DNA of 54,067 nt from an uncultured Synergistaceae bacterium (lineage in GTDB: Bacteria > Synergistota > Synergistia > Synergistales > Aminiphilaceae), in the NCBI GenBank assembly GCA_937868015.1, contig CALMLW010000153.1:1-54067 (forward strand), in the 5' to 3' direction. This document shows, piece by piece, positions 17,624-25,007 of the stretch (the first letter of the stretch is position 1; the number at the start of each line of letters is the position of its first letter). The translations under genes were made by a program, and so were the position numbers. Under the pieces are notes generated by a model, which worked only from the letters and a program-made list of their open reading frames with translations, made no database searches and was not told the origin of the DNA.

Positions 17624-18313
17624 CTATTTTCCCCCCACGAAAGATCCCAGGGTCAGGTCTACGGCGGACGCCGTGCCATGGTGTTCATAGCTCCACCGGG
17701 TGATCCCCACCCCGGGGACGAGCTCCATGGTGGTCGTGTCCGGGTTGGTCCGATAGACCACGACGAAGGCCTTACCCGAGGGCGATGTCCCGGGGATCGA
17801 CGGCACATCGCTCCGCTCTTCTTCCACGTACCACTGGTACATCGTGTCATCCCGGGGCTCGTCGCCCCCCCAGGCTTTGTCCTTTGCCAAGGGCAGGGCC
17901 ACCAGCAGATCCCCCTCGGTTCCGGTGGAGGGATCCTCCGCCAGAGACTTGGCAAAGGCCCGGGCCTCCAGCTCGCTGGCCTGGGGGAAGAGCTCCACAT
18001 GACTTGCCCGTTCCACCAGCACCGCATATCCGGGCTCCTGCCCCGGGGTGTAGCCGCTGGTCTCGGAAACCATGCCGCGCATCACGGCAACGGTGCTTCC
18101 GGAGGACGAAAAGACTTCGAGGGCCTCCATGTCCCAGGAAAGGGGGGCCACCTTGGGCCCTTCCGCCCCCTCCTCGGTCCACTGGGCCGTCCCTTCGTAG
18201 TGCCACCGCGCCCCCGAAGTCAGAGGGAAAACGCCCTCCTCCCCAAAGGCCATCCCCGCCCAAAAGATCCCCCATGCCGCCACCGCCGCAGCGCCCCAGC
18301 GTTTCCAACCCAT
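17624..18313 (-). CDS. hypothetical secreted protein
   Basis: Start taken at MGWKRWGAAAVAAWGIFWAGMAFGE (signal-peptide-like). The upstream 55 codons are Gly/Arg-rich with no RBS. Function unknown. Confidence 0.5.
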   Translation of the reverse strand: MGWKRWGAAAVAAWGIFWAGMAFGEEGVFPLTSGARWHYEGTAQWTEEGAEGPKVAPLSWDMEALEVFSSSGSTVAVMRGMVSETSGYTPGQEPGYAVLVERASHVELFPQASELEARAFAKSLAEDPSTGTEGDLLVALPLAKDKAWGGDEPRDDTMYQWYVEEERSDVPSIPGTSPSGKAFVVVYRTNPDTTTMELVPGVGITRWSYEHHGTASAVDLTLGSFVGGK

Positions 18314-18572
18314 CCTGGCCCCTCCTCCATTTCGGTCGTCTTCACCCATGACATCGTTTTCCCCCGCCTCCTTAGCGTCGGAAGGGACCTCCATGGTACG
18401 CCCCGGGCCCCACCTCTGGCAACCTCCCCCCAGAGCCTTTTCGCCGCCCCCGCCGTCGGATGGGGGGCGGGCCAAAAACTAAGGACCTAAGGCCCCGCCC
18501 CAAGTCTTCGAGCCCCAGCGGAGCCCCTCTCCGAGACGGGGAAGGAGGAGCCGTCGCCCCGAGGGGCCTTTG

Positions 18573-19802
18573 CTAGAAGGTCTCCCACCCGCGCTTGAGA
18601 GGGCGGGGTTCGGGCCGGGGCCCGGGAACGGGGCGGATCTCCGCCTCGCTCCACTCCCCCTTTAGGAGGCTCAGGGCGCTTCGAATTTCCTCCGGCAGCA
18701 CGCCCCCCTGCTCCATCTCAAGTTCCAGCACCACCCGACGGGAGGGCCCCTCCCGCCCCACCCGAAAGTCCCGGATGTCCCGCACCCCCCACAGGATTTC
18801 CGCCACGTCGTAGAGCCCCGGGGCCTCCGCCGTGCCGAGACGCCCCCGCACCTCCAGGCGGCGCAGGGGGGAGCCGCAGGGGCACGGGCCGGGGATCAGG
18901 CGCCCCTCGTCACCGGTGCGGTAGCGGATCAGGGGAAAGGTGGAGCGGGTCAGGGTGGTGATCACCACCTCGCCCCAGCTTCCGGATGGCACGGGGTGCC
19001 CCCCCGGGGACACCACCTCCGTGAGAACCTCCCCTTCCCGCAGGTGCCCCCCCTCGTGGGCGCCGCACTCCAGGGCCATGCCCCACCCCACCTCGGTGAG
19101 GCCGTAGTGGTCGAAGATCTCCCCGGGCCAAAGGCGCGCGATCCGACGGCGGAGCGCCGGGGGGAACATGTCCCCGCTCGCCAAAACCGCCTCGGGGACG
19201 TGGCGCGCGACGCGGGCCACCCGCAGGAGCGCTTCGGGCATGCCCACCACCACCCGGGGGTTGAAGGCGTCGATCCGGGCGGCGGTTTTTCGGGGATCTT
19301 CCCCCACGCCCCCCACCTCCACCGCACATCCGAGCTCCCCCAGGGCTTCCCGCAACAGGGCCCCCACGCTCCCGGGGCGATCTCCCCGGAAGAGCACCGT
19401 CACCCGGCTTCCCGGGGGCGTAAAGGCGGTGAGCCCCACGCGGAAAAACTCCCGGGTGGCGGCGAGGTCGGCGTAGGTGAAACAAAGCCTCTTGGGGGGA
19501 CCGGTGCTACCGGAGGTGGCGAGGGTCACGATGCGGGCCACCTCGCTCTGGGACACGGTGAGAAAATCCCCCTCCCGTCCCGCCAGATCGGAAGGATAGG
19601 TGAAGGGGAGCTCCTCCAGAGGAGCCCCCTCTCTTCCCCGGAGCCGGGAGGCGTAAAGGGGCGAATCCTGGGCCGCCCGGGCCACCAGGGCCCGGAGCCG
19701 CTCCTTCTGGAAGGCCTCCAGGGCGGCGCGCCCCGCCAGGGGGGCACCTTCCCCCAGACATCGGGCGCACCAGAGATCCAGGGGCGTGGAGCGAAGGCTC
19801 AT
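18573..19802 (-). CDS. PaaK / coenzyme F390 synthetase-like adenylate-forming ligase
   Basis: Start MSLRSTPLDLW at 19802 in ATGA overlap with the radical SAM gene stop. AMP-binding motif TSGSTGPPK and C-terminal PaaK-like domain. Confidence 0.8.
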   Translation of the reverse strand: MSLRSTPLDLWCARCLGEGAPLAGRAALEAFQKERLRALVARAAQDSPLYASRLRGREGAPLEELPFTYPSDLAGREGDFLTVSQSEVARIVTLATSGSTGPPKRLCFTYADLAATREFFRVGLTAFTPPGSRVTVLFRGDRPGSVGALLREALGELGCAVEVGGVGEDPRKTAARIDAFNPRVVVGMPEALLRVARVARHVPEAVLASGDMFPPALRRRIARLWPGEIFDHYGLTEVGWGMALECGAHEGGHLREGEVLTEVVSPGGHPVPSGSWGEVVITTLTRSTFPLIRYRTGDEGRLIPGPCPCGSPLRRLEVRGRLGTAEAPGLYDVAEILWGVRDIRDFRVGREGPSRRVVLELEMEQGGVLPEEIRSALSLLKGEWSEAEIRPVPGPRPEPRPLKRGWETF

Positions 19803-21121
19803 CCGGCCCCCCGGCGGTACAGCGGGGTGCCGTCCGCCGCCGTGAGATTCCAGGCACAAAAGGGCACCAGACGTCCGTCGGGGGCCGCAGCATGGATGCA
19901 GCACTCCCGGAGGCGCCGGAGGTCCAGGTTCCAGGCATCCTGAAAGGCCATGGCGCTGACGCTGAAAAGAACCCGCCCTTCCTGGCGGAGAAAGCGGTCC
20001 AGGGCGTCTCCAGCGCCGTCGTCATCCCTTTTTTCCAGGGAAGCTCCCCACCGTCGCCGGACGCTCTCCACCGCCCGGGATCTTCCCTCTTCGGCGGATT
20101 GGGATCGGCAGGCACAGGGCGTTCCTCCCAGGGGGACGAGACGGCCGGGGCCCTCCACCCGATACGTTCCTCGGCAGGAGCAGCGCTCGTGCTCGCACCC
20201 CGCGGGGTGAAAGTGCTCCCGGCGCACCATCCCTCCGGTCTGTTCTTCCAGCAACGCCAAGACCTCCGGCAGGGTTATCCGCCGGTGGTCCTGGGGCTCC
20301 AGGGAATAGCGGCCGAAAAAGCTCATGGGCTGCACGTGGACCCCCCGCACGGTGGGAAAGTGCCCCAGGGCGAAGCGCACCAGATCTCCCAGCTCGCCGT
20401 CGTTCACCCCCCGCACCAGGGTGGGGACGAGGACCACGCCGAGCTCCGCCCGGGCGCAGGCCTCCACGGCCCGCTCCCGGGGCTCCCGGAGATCTTTGTC
20501 CCGCAGCCTACGGGACGACCGCTCCGAAAGGCCGTCGAACTGCAAAAAGACCCACCCCAGCCCCGCATCCCGCAGGCGAGGCGCCAGAGCCGGATCTTCC
20601 GCCAGGGCCAGGCCGTTGGTGTTGAGCTGCACCGCCCCAAAGCCCCGCTTTCGAGCCCCCTCCACCAGCAGGGGAAGATCGGGGCGCAGGGTGGGCTCTC
20701 CTCCGGAGAGCTGGAGCACCGCCTCTCCCACCTGGGGACGCATTTTTTCCATCCGCTCCAGCAACAGCTCCAGCGGAGGATCGGGGTCTTCGGAGCCCGC
20801 ATCGGCGAAGCACACCGGGCACCGGAGGAGACACCGCGACGTCACGTCAAGCACCACGGCACAGGTTTTTTGTGCGTGAAAGGAGCAGAGACCGCACGCC
20901 CCGGGGCACGCGGGGTTTCGGCCGAGCTCCGGTGCCGGAGGGGCCTTGGGCCCCCGCCAGGCCTTCCAGGACTCCACGCCGCGCCAGACCACGCAGGAAA
21001 AATCCCCGTGCTCCGGACAGCTTTTTTTCATAAAAACCTCGTCCCCCTCGGGCACCAAAAGGGCCCCCACGGGGCGGAGGCACACCGGGCAAACGCTCTC
21101 GGTCTCGTCGGGGAGCCTCAC
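19799..21121 (-). CDS. radical SAM enzyme with N-terminal zinc-ribbon/extra Cys cluster
   Basis: CPVC...CPEHG ribbon, CPGACGLC, then canonical CLLRCPVC (Cx3Cx2C) with SGGEPTL SAM-binding motif. Cys-rich C-terminal region. GTG start in GTGA overlap with the upstream gene. Confidence 0.85.
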   Translation of the reverse strand: MRLPDETESVCPVCLRPVGALLVPEGDEVFMKKSCPEHGDFSCVVWRGVESWKAWRGPKAPPAPELGRNPACPGACGLCSFHAQKTCAVVLDVTSRCLLRCPVCFADAGSEDPDPPLELLLERMEKMRPQVGEAVLQLSGGEPTLRPDLPLLVEGARKRGFGAVQLNTNGLALAEDPALAPRLRDAGLGWVFLQFDGLSERSSRRLRDKDLREPRERAVEACARAELGVVLVPTLVRGVNDGELGDLVRFALGHFPTVRGVHVQPMSFFGRYSLEPQDHRRITLPEVLALLEEQTGGMVRREHFHPAGCEHERCSCRGTYRVEGPGRLVPLGGTPCACRSQSAEEGRSRAVESVRRRWGASLEKRDDDGAGDALDRFLRQEGRVLFSVSAMAFQDAWNLDLRRLRECCIHAAAPDGRLVPFCAWNLTAADGTPLYRRGAG

Positions 21122-21582
21122 GACGACGCCCCGAAGAGGTCAACGCCGTGGCTCTGGAGGATCTCCAACGTCCGCGTCAGGGTGTGTTGAACCAGGTGGA
21201 GACAGCGCAGGGGGTCGGGCTCCCGCACCGTTTCCCCCAGCAGATCGCCACACCGCACCCCCCCCGTGCCCCCCGTCTGGGTCTCTCGAAACCACTGATT
21301 CAGCTCTTCCGCCATGAGGCGCAACCGGGGATCCCGGAGATCTTCCGCCTCCCCCTTGCCGGCGTAGAGCCCCAGCAGACAGGCGGCCCCCGTGAGGGCA
21401 CCGCAGGTATTCCCCCGGGAGAAGGCCCCCTGACACAGGCCGTTCGCCGCCGCCACGAGATTTCGGTCTTCCTCCCCCCGGTACGCGAGCCCCGCGAGCA
21501 CCATGATCTGGGCGCAGCAGAAGCCCTCCCGGGCCCAGGCCACGATCCATTCCCGGAGATCGTTCTCCCCTTCCAACGTCAT
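21118..21582 (-). CDS. C_GCAxxG_C_C family protein (putative redox-active)
   Basis: Start at MTLEGENDL (ATG 21582, GGGAGGGG RBS; ATGA overlap with the methyltransferase stop). FCCAQ...CQGAF...CGALTGA...RCGDL pattern matches the C_GCAxxG_C_C family. Confidence 0.7.
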   Translation of the reverse strand: MTLEGENDLREWIVAWAREGFCCAQIMVLAGLAYRGEEDRNLVAAANGLCQGAFSRGNTCGALTGAACLLGLYAGKGEAEDLRDPRLRLMAEELNQWFRETQTGGTGGVRCGDLLGETVREPDPLRCLHLVQHTLTRTLEILQSHGVDLFGASS

Positions 21583-22268
21583 CCCCTCCCCGCATGTTGG
21601 CCTGACCCCGGGCCCGGAGAACTCGGTTTCCCGCTCACCCAAAGGGCGTATCCCCGCCGAAAGGGAGCGGTCCAGGCCTCGCAGGAAAGAATTCCCGCCC
21701 AAACCAGGCGGGCCGCCAGCTCGCGCACGGCGCGGGAGTGATCCTCCCGGTGCCTGAGAAGAAACCCCGCCCCGGCAAGGGATCGCTCCATCTCTTCCCC
21801 CCGCCGGGCCCCTCCGACGCACCCCGCACAAGGGCCCCCTCCGGGGGGAACGTTTTCGGGAAGAAAGAGATCTCCCACCCCCAGCACCCCTCCGGGACGG
21901 AGCACCCGAAAGAACTCTCCCAGAATGCTCCGGGGGTCGGCGCTCTGAGAGAGCACACACTCGCACACCACCCCGTCGAAGCTTCCGTCGTCAAAGGGCA
22001 GGGCCTCCAGAGTCCCCTCCACCACCGGGCCCCGCCGGGCGGCGCACCGCAGCCGCTCCGGGGACCGGTCCACCCCCACCGCCTGCCACCCTCCCCGCCC
22101 CAAAAGCTCCAGCATTCCCCCCCGGCCGCACCCCGCGTCCAACACCCGCCCCCCCGGGACAAAGGCGCAGAGCGCAAGCAACCGCCGGGACGTGCCCTCG
22201 CCGCCGGGGTGCAGGGTCTCTTCCAGTTCCTGGGGCCACAGGAGCTCCTCGGGAAAGGGGGATGTCAT
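21579..22268 (-). CDS. class I SAM-dependent methyltransferase
   Basis: Start MTSPFPEEL at 22268 (ATGA overlap with the zinc-ribbon gene stop). Motif I VLDAGCGRGG, motif post-I, LRPGGVL. Confidence 0.8.
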   Translation of the reverse strand: MTSPFPEELLWPQELEETLHPGGEGTSRRLLALCAFVPGGRVLDAGCGRGGMLELLGRGGWQAVGVDRSPERLRCAARRGPVVEGTLEALPFDDGSFDGVVCECVLSQSADPRSILGEFFRVLRPGGVLGVGDLFLPENVPPGGGPCAGCVGGARRGEEMERSLAGAGFLLRHREDHSRAVRELAARLVWAGILSCEAWTAPFRRGYALWVSGKPSSPGPGSGQHAGRG

Positions 22269-22477
22269 TTGTCTTCCAGAATGCGTTCCACGTCCCGCAT
22301 CTTTCCCCGGGCGAGGGATTCGGGCACCAGAATAAAACCGCATTTTCCGCAGACCGGAAGCTCAATCTCAAAGCGGCTCTCCAGATAGCAGGCCGCCACG
22401 CGCCGCATCTCCAGCGTGCCGCCGCAGGCGCACCGCCAGAGTCCTTCGTCCTGAAAGGAAAAAGACGCCTCGCTCAT
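22265..22477 (-). CDS. 70-aa zinc-ribbon protein (CxC...CxxC)
   Basis: WRCACGG...CGKCGF. Both ends in 4-nt overlaps with flanking genes, which argues that it is translated. Confidence 0.55.
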   Translation of the reverse strand: MSEASFSFQDEGLWRCACGGTLEMRRVAACYLESRFEIELPVCGKCGFILVPESLARGKMRDVERILEDK

Positions 22478-24672
22478 GGAATAACCTCCACGGTCATGCG
22501 GTGGCTCCAGGCGTTCAAAATCTCAAAGACCTCTCCCCGGAGACGGTACTCCACCCAAAAGGTCACCTCTCCCAGGCGCAGGCTCGCCAACGCCCGGCCG
22601 TCATCGGCCACGAGGCCCCTCCCCTTTTCCCGGCAGGCGGCCAGCACGCGCCGGAGATCGCTGTCCAAAATGCGCCGCTCCTCCAGCCCGCGCCGCATCT
22701 CGGGAGACACCCCGAGCTCCAGATCTTCCCAGGACTCCCGGGGAATCCCCGAAGCCCCCAAGAGACGCTCCCGCAACAAAATTCGGTTTTCCTGGCGCCC
22801 GGAAAACCCCGTGGCCGGTTCGGGGGGCATCTCGGGAAAAAGAAGCTCTAACACGTGCCACACCCCTTTCCCCAGGCCGGACAAACTCTCCCGGCACATG
22901 GCGCAGTAGGTGAGAAAATCCCGGGAACTCTCCCGGAGCCTCACCTCGGCCCCCCGGCGGGCCAGCTCGGGGGCCCCCTGGGACTGGAGCCCCCCGTATC
23001 CGCAACACTTCGTGCGCTCCCCTCCCATGGGGAGCTCTTCGTACTCCTGCCCCAGACGCTCCAGCACCTGGCGCAGGGCCCCCCGCCACGCCGGATCGTG
23101 CCGGGTGGTACAGGGATCGGAGATCGCCAAGGGCTCCCTTCGGGGAGCTCCGGGGGGAAGTTCCCCCTCCAAGAGCACCTCCCAAAGAGAGCGGCGGGGC
23201 ACCTCGGGGAGAAAGCGCCGGAACATGTCGGCGCAGGAGGGACAGGCCAGCACCACCGGAGGATTTCCCAGGGACAAGAGCGTGGCCCCCAGCCTTTCCA
23301 CCACCGGATCGAGGGCGTCCCGCCGGGCGGCCCACCACGCCGGAGCTCCGCAGCACCCCAAAAGCACCCCCAGGGCTCCGTCGAAACGCCGGTCAAGAAA
23401 GGCCGTCAGAGCCCCCGTCCGCTCCGGCAGGGCCCCCGCCAGCTGGCATCCGGGAAAGAACACCGCCCGGGTGCCCCGGGTGCCGGGGCGAAACCCCGAG
23501 GCCCGGGGAGATTGGGCCTGGGCCAGGTCCTGCAGAGCGAAGGCGTGGGTCGACGGGGGCATGATGCCCCGGGCCACCAGCTCCTCCCGGGCGCTCCGGC
23601 AGAGATCGGCCATGGAAAAATCGTGGGGGCAAAGGGTCTCGCAGAGGCCGCAGAGGGCGCAACTGTTTATCATGCCGTTGGCCTGATGACATCCGTGCAC
23701 CACGGCGAAGTTATTGTAGATCTCCCGGGCGTAGACCCGGGGGTACCGCCCGTGGGACGCGAGAAAGACGCATTCCCGGACGCAAACCCGACACTCGCAC
23801 TGGAGGCATCGTCGGGCCTCCTCCACGGGATCCTCTCGAGGGGGCTCCGTCACCACCCCCTCCAGCGAGGTAAACAGCCGGGTCTCGGTCTGAAACTCCT
23901 TCTCCCGCCCCGCCAGCAACGAGGCCCCCTGGAGAAAGCGGTCGATACTCTGGGCAGCCCTCTTGCCATCGGCGGCCTCCTCCACCGCCGACGGCCCCCC
24001 CGCACGGGGAGCTCCCCCCGCAAAGACCCCCGGGGTCCCCGTGGCGTGGGTCATGGGATCCCACTCCTCCGGCAGGGCCCCACGCCACCCGGGGTCGTCC
24101 CCGCCGCCGTACAGCGCTCCCCCCGGAGGCAGGGGGGGAAAAACGCCTCGCTCCCCTTCCCACCGCACCCCCAGATGCCGCAACAGGCGCCCCGCCTCTT
24201 CCCAGAGCTCGGGGGGCAGGGCACCCTCCCGGGCCCAGTGCCCCCCCAGGGGGCCTTCCGCCCCCCAAAGGGTCACCCGGTGCCCCTTTTTCGCCAGCTC
24301 CAGGGCACAGACCAAAGACGACAGCCCGCCCCCTAGCACCGTCACGGAGCTCCCCCGGGAGGGCAGGCGCATCGGCGGGGGCCCCGGCCGGGATCGGTCG
24401 AGGCAGGCCCGCTCCAGAGCCCCCAGGGTCACCGCCCCGCCCCTTTCGGCCCGGAGACAGCTCCTCTCGCAGGGGGCGTCGCAGAGCCGCCCCACCAGGT
24501 CGGGAAAGGGCATGGCCCGGGACAAGATCTTCCGGGCCTCGTCGAACTTCCCCAACCCCATGGCGCCGCAAAAGGCCCGCCCATCCACCTTCAGGGGGCA
24601 GGCCGCCTGACAGTAGGGGAGCTCCTCCTGCACACAGCGGCGCTCCAGCTCCTTGAGGCTTTCCTGTTCCAT
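22474..24672 (-). CDS. multidomain flavo-Fe-S oxidoreductase: 4Fe-4S + FAD/NAD(P) domain (GltD-like), 2x[4Fe-4S] ferredoxin, two CCG cysteine-rich domains (HdrD/GlpC-like)
   Basis: Start MEQESLKEL at 24672 with GGAGGTG RBS. GGGLSSLVCALELA (GxGxxG), CLQCECRVCVRECV / CALCGLCETLCP ferredoxin motifs, and FFPGCQ...CCGAP...PSCADM / CCGYGG CCG-type motifs. Confidence 0.85.
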   Translation of the reverse strand: MEQESLKELERRCVQEELPYCQAACPLKVDGRAFCGAMGLGKFDEARKILSRAMPFPDLVGRLCDAPCERSCLRAERGGAVTLGALERACLDRSRPGPPPMRLPSRGSSVTVLGGGLSSLVCALELAKKGHRVTLWGAEGPLGGHWAREGALPPELWEEAGRLLRHLGVRWEGERGVFPPLPPGGALYGGGDDPGWRGALPEEWDPMTHATGTPGVFAGGAPRAGGPSAVEEAADGKRAAQSIDRFLQGASLLAGREKEFQTETRLFTSLEGVVTEPPREDPVEEARRCLQCECRVCVRECVFLASHGRYPRVYAREIYNNFAVVHGCHQANGMINSCALCGLCETLCPHDFSMADLCRSAREELVARGIMPPSTHAFALQDLAQAQSPRASGFRPGTRGTRAVFFPGCQLAGALPERTGALTAFLDRRFDGALGVLLGCCGAPAWWAARRDALDPVVERLGATLLSLGNPPVVLACPSCADMFRRFLPEVPRRSLWEVLLEGELPPGAPRREPLAISDPCTTRHDPAWRGALRQVLERLGQEYEELPMGGERTKCCGYGGLQSQGAPELARRGAEVRLRESSRDFLTYCAMCRESLSGLGKGVWHVLELLFPEMPPEPATGFSGRQENRILLRERLLGASGIPRESWEDLELGVSPEMRRGLEERRILDSDLRRVLAACREKGRGLVADDGRALASLRLGEVTFWVEYRLRGEVFEILNAWSHRMTVEVIP

Positions 24673-24959
24673 GGCCCACCTCCGAGATGGCAATCCACGC
24701 CCCCCGTAGGGAGAAAGGTCGCTTTCAAGAAAATTTTTTCGCATCGAAAGAGGCGCCGCCGAAGACGGCCCTGGAGGGCGTTCGTCGGAAACAGCGGAAG
24801 CGGAAAGGCCGAGGAGCGTTCCCTGCCGCTCCGGCGTCCAAAGTTGTCCCTCTCGGTATGCGCTTCGGGAAAAAACCTACCCCTTCTGCCCTCGCCGGTC
24901 CACCGGAAAAATGCCGTGGGCGAAGATGACGGAAGGCAGAATTGTTCTCCTCCGGCAAA

Positions 24960-25001
24960 AACTTTGGGGCCCGAAGCGAGACGCCTCCGGGCCCCAAAGT
25001 T
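24960..25001 (-). terminator. terminator hairpin for the aldehyde oxidoreductase gene: perfect 14-bp stem (AACTTTGGGGCCCG/CGGGCCCCAAAGTT), 14-nt loop, partial U-tract on the minus strand
   Basis: Begins 7 nt downstream of the stop. On the minus strand the 3' arm runs into TTTTTGCC. Confidence 0.55.
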
Positions 25002-25007
25002 GGAACG

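Noticed and set aside
19892-21190. 432-aa + ORF
   Set aside because: Antisense to the radical SAM and C_GCAxxG_C_C genes. Low-complexity.
22855-24336. 493-aa + ORF and 322-aa minus ORF (23711-24679) in other frames
   Set aside because: Overlap the HdrD-like oxidoreductase, whose frame carries ferredoxin and CCG motifs. The alternatives are Pro/Arg/Gly-rich.
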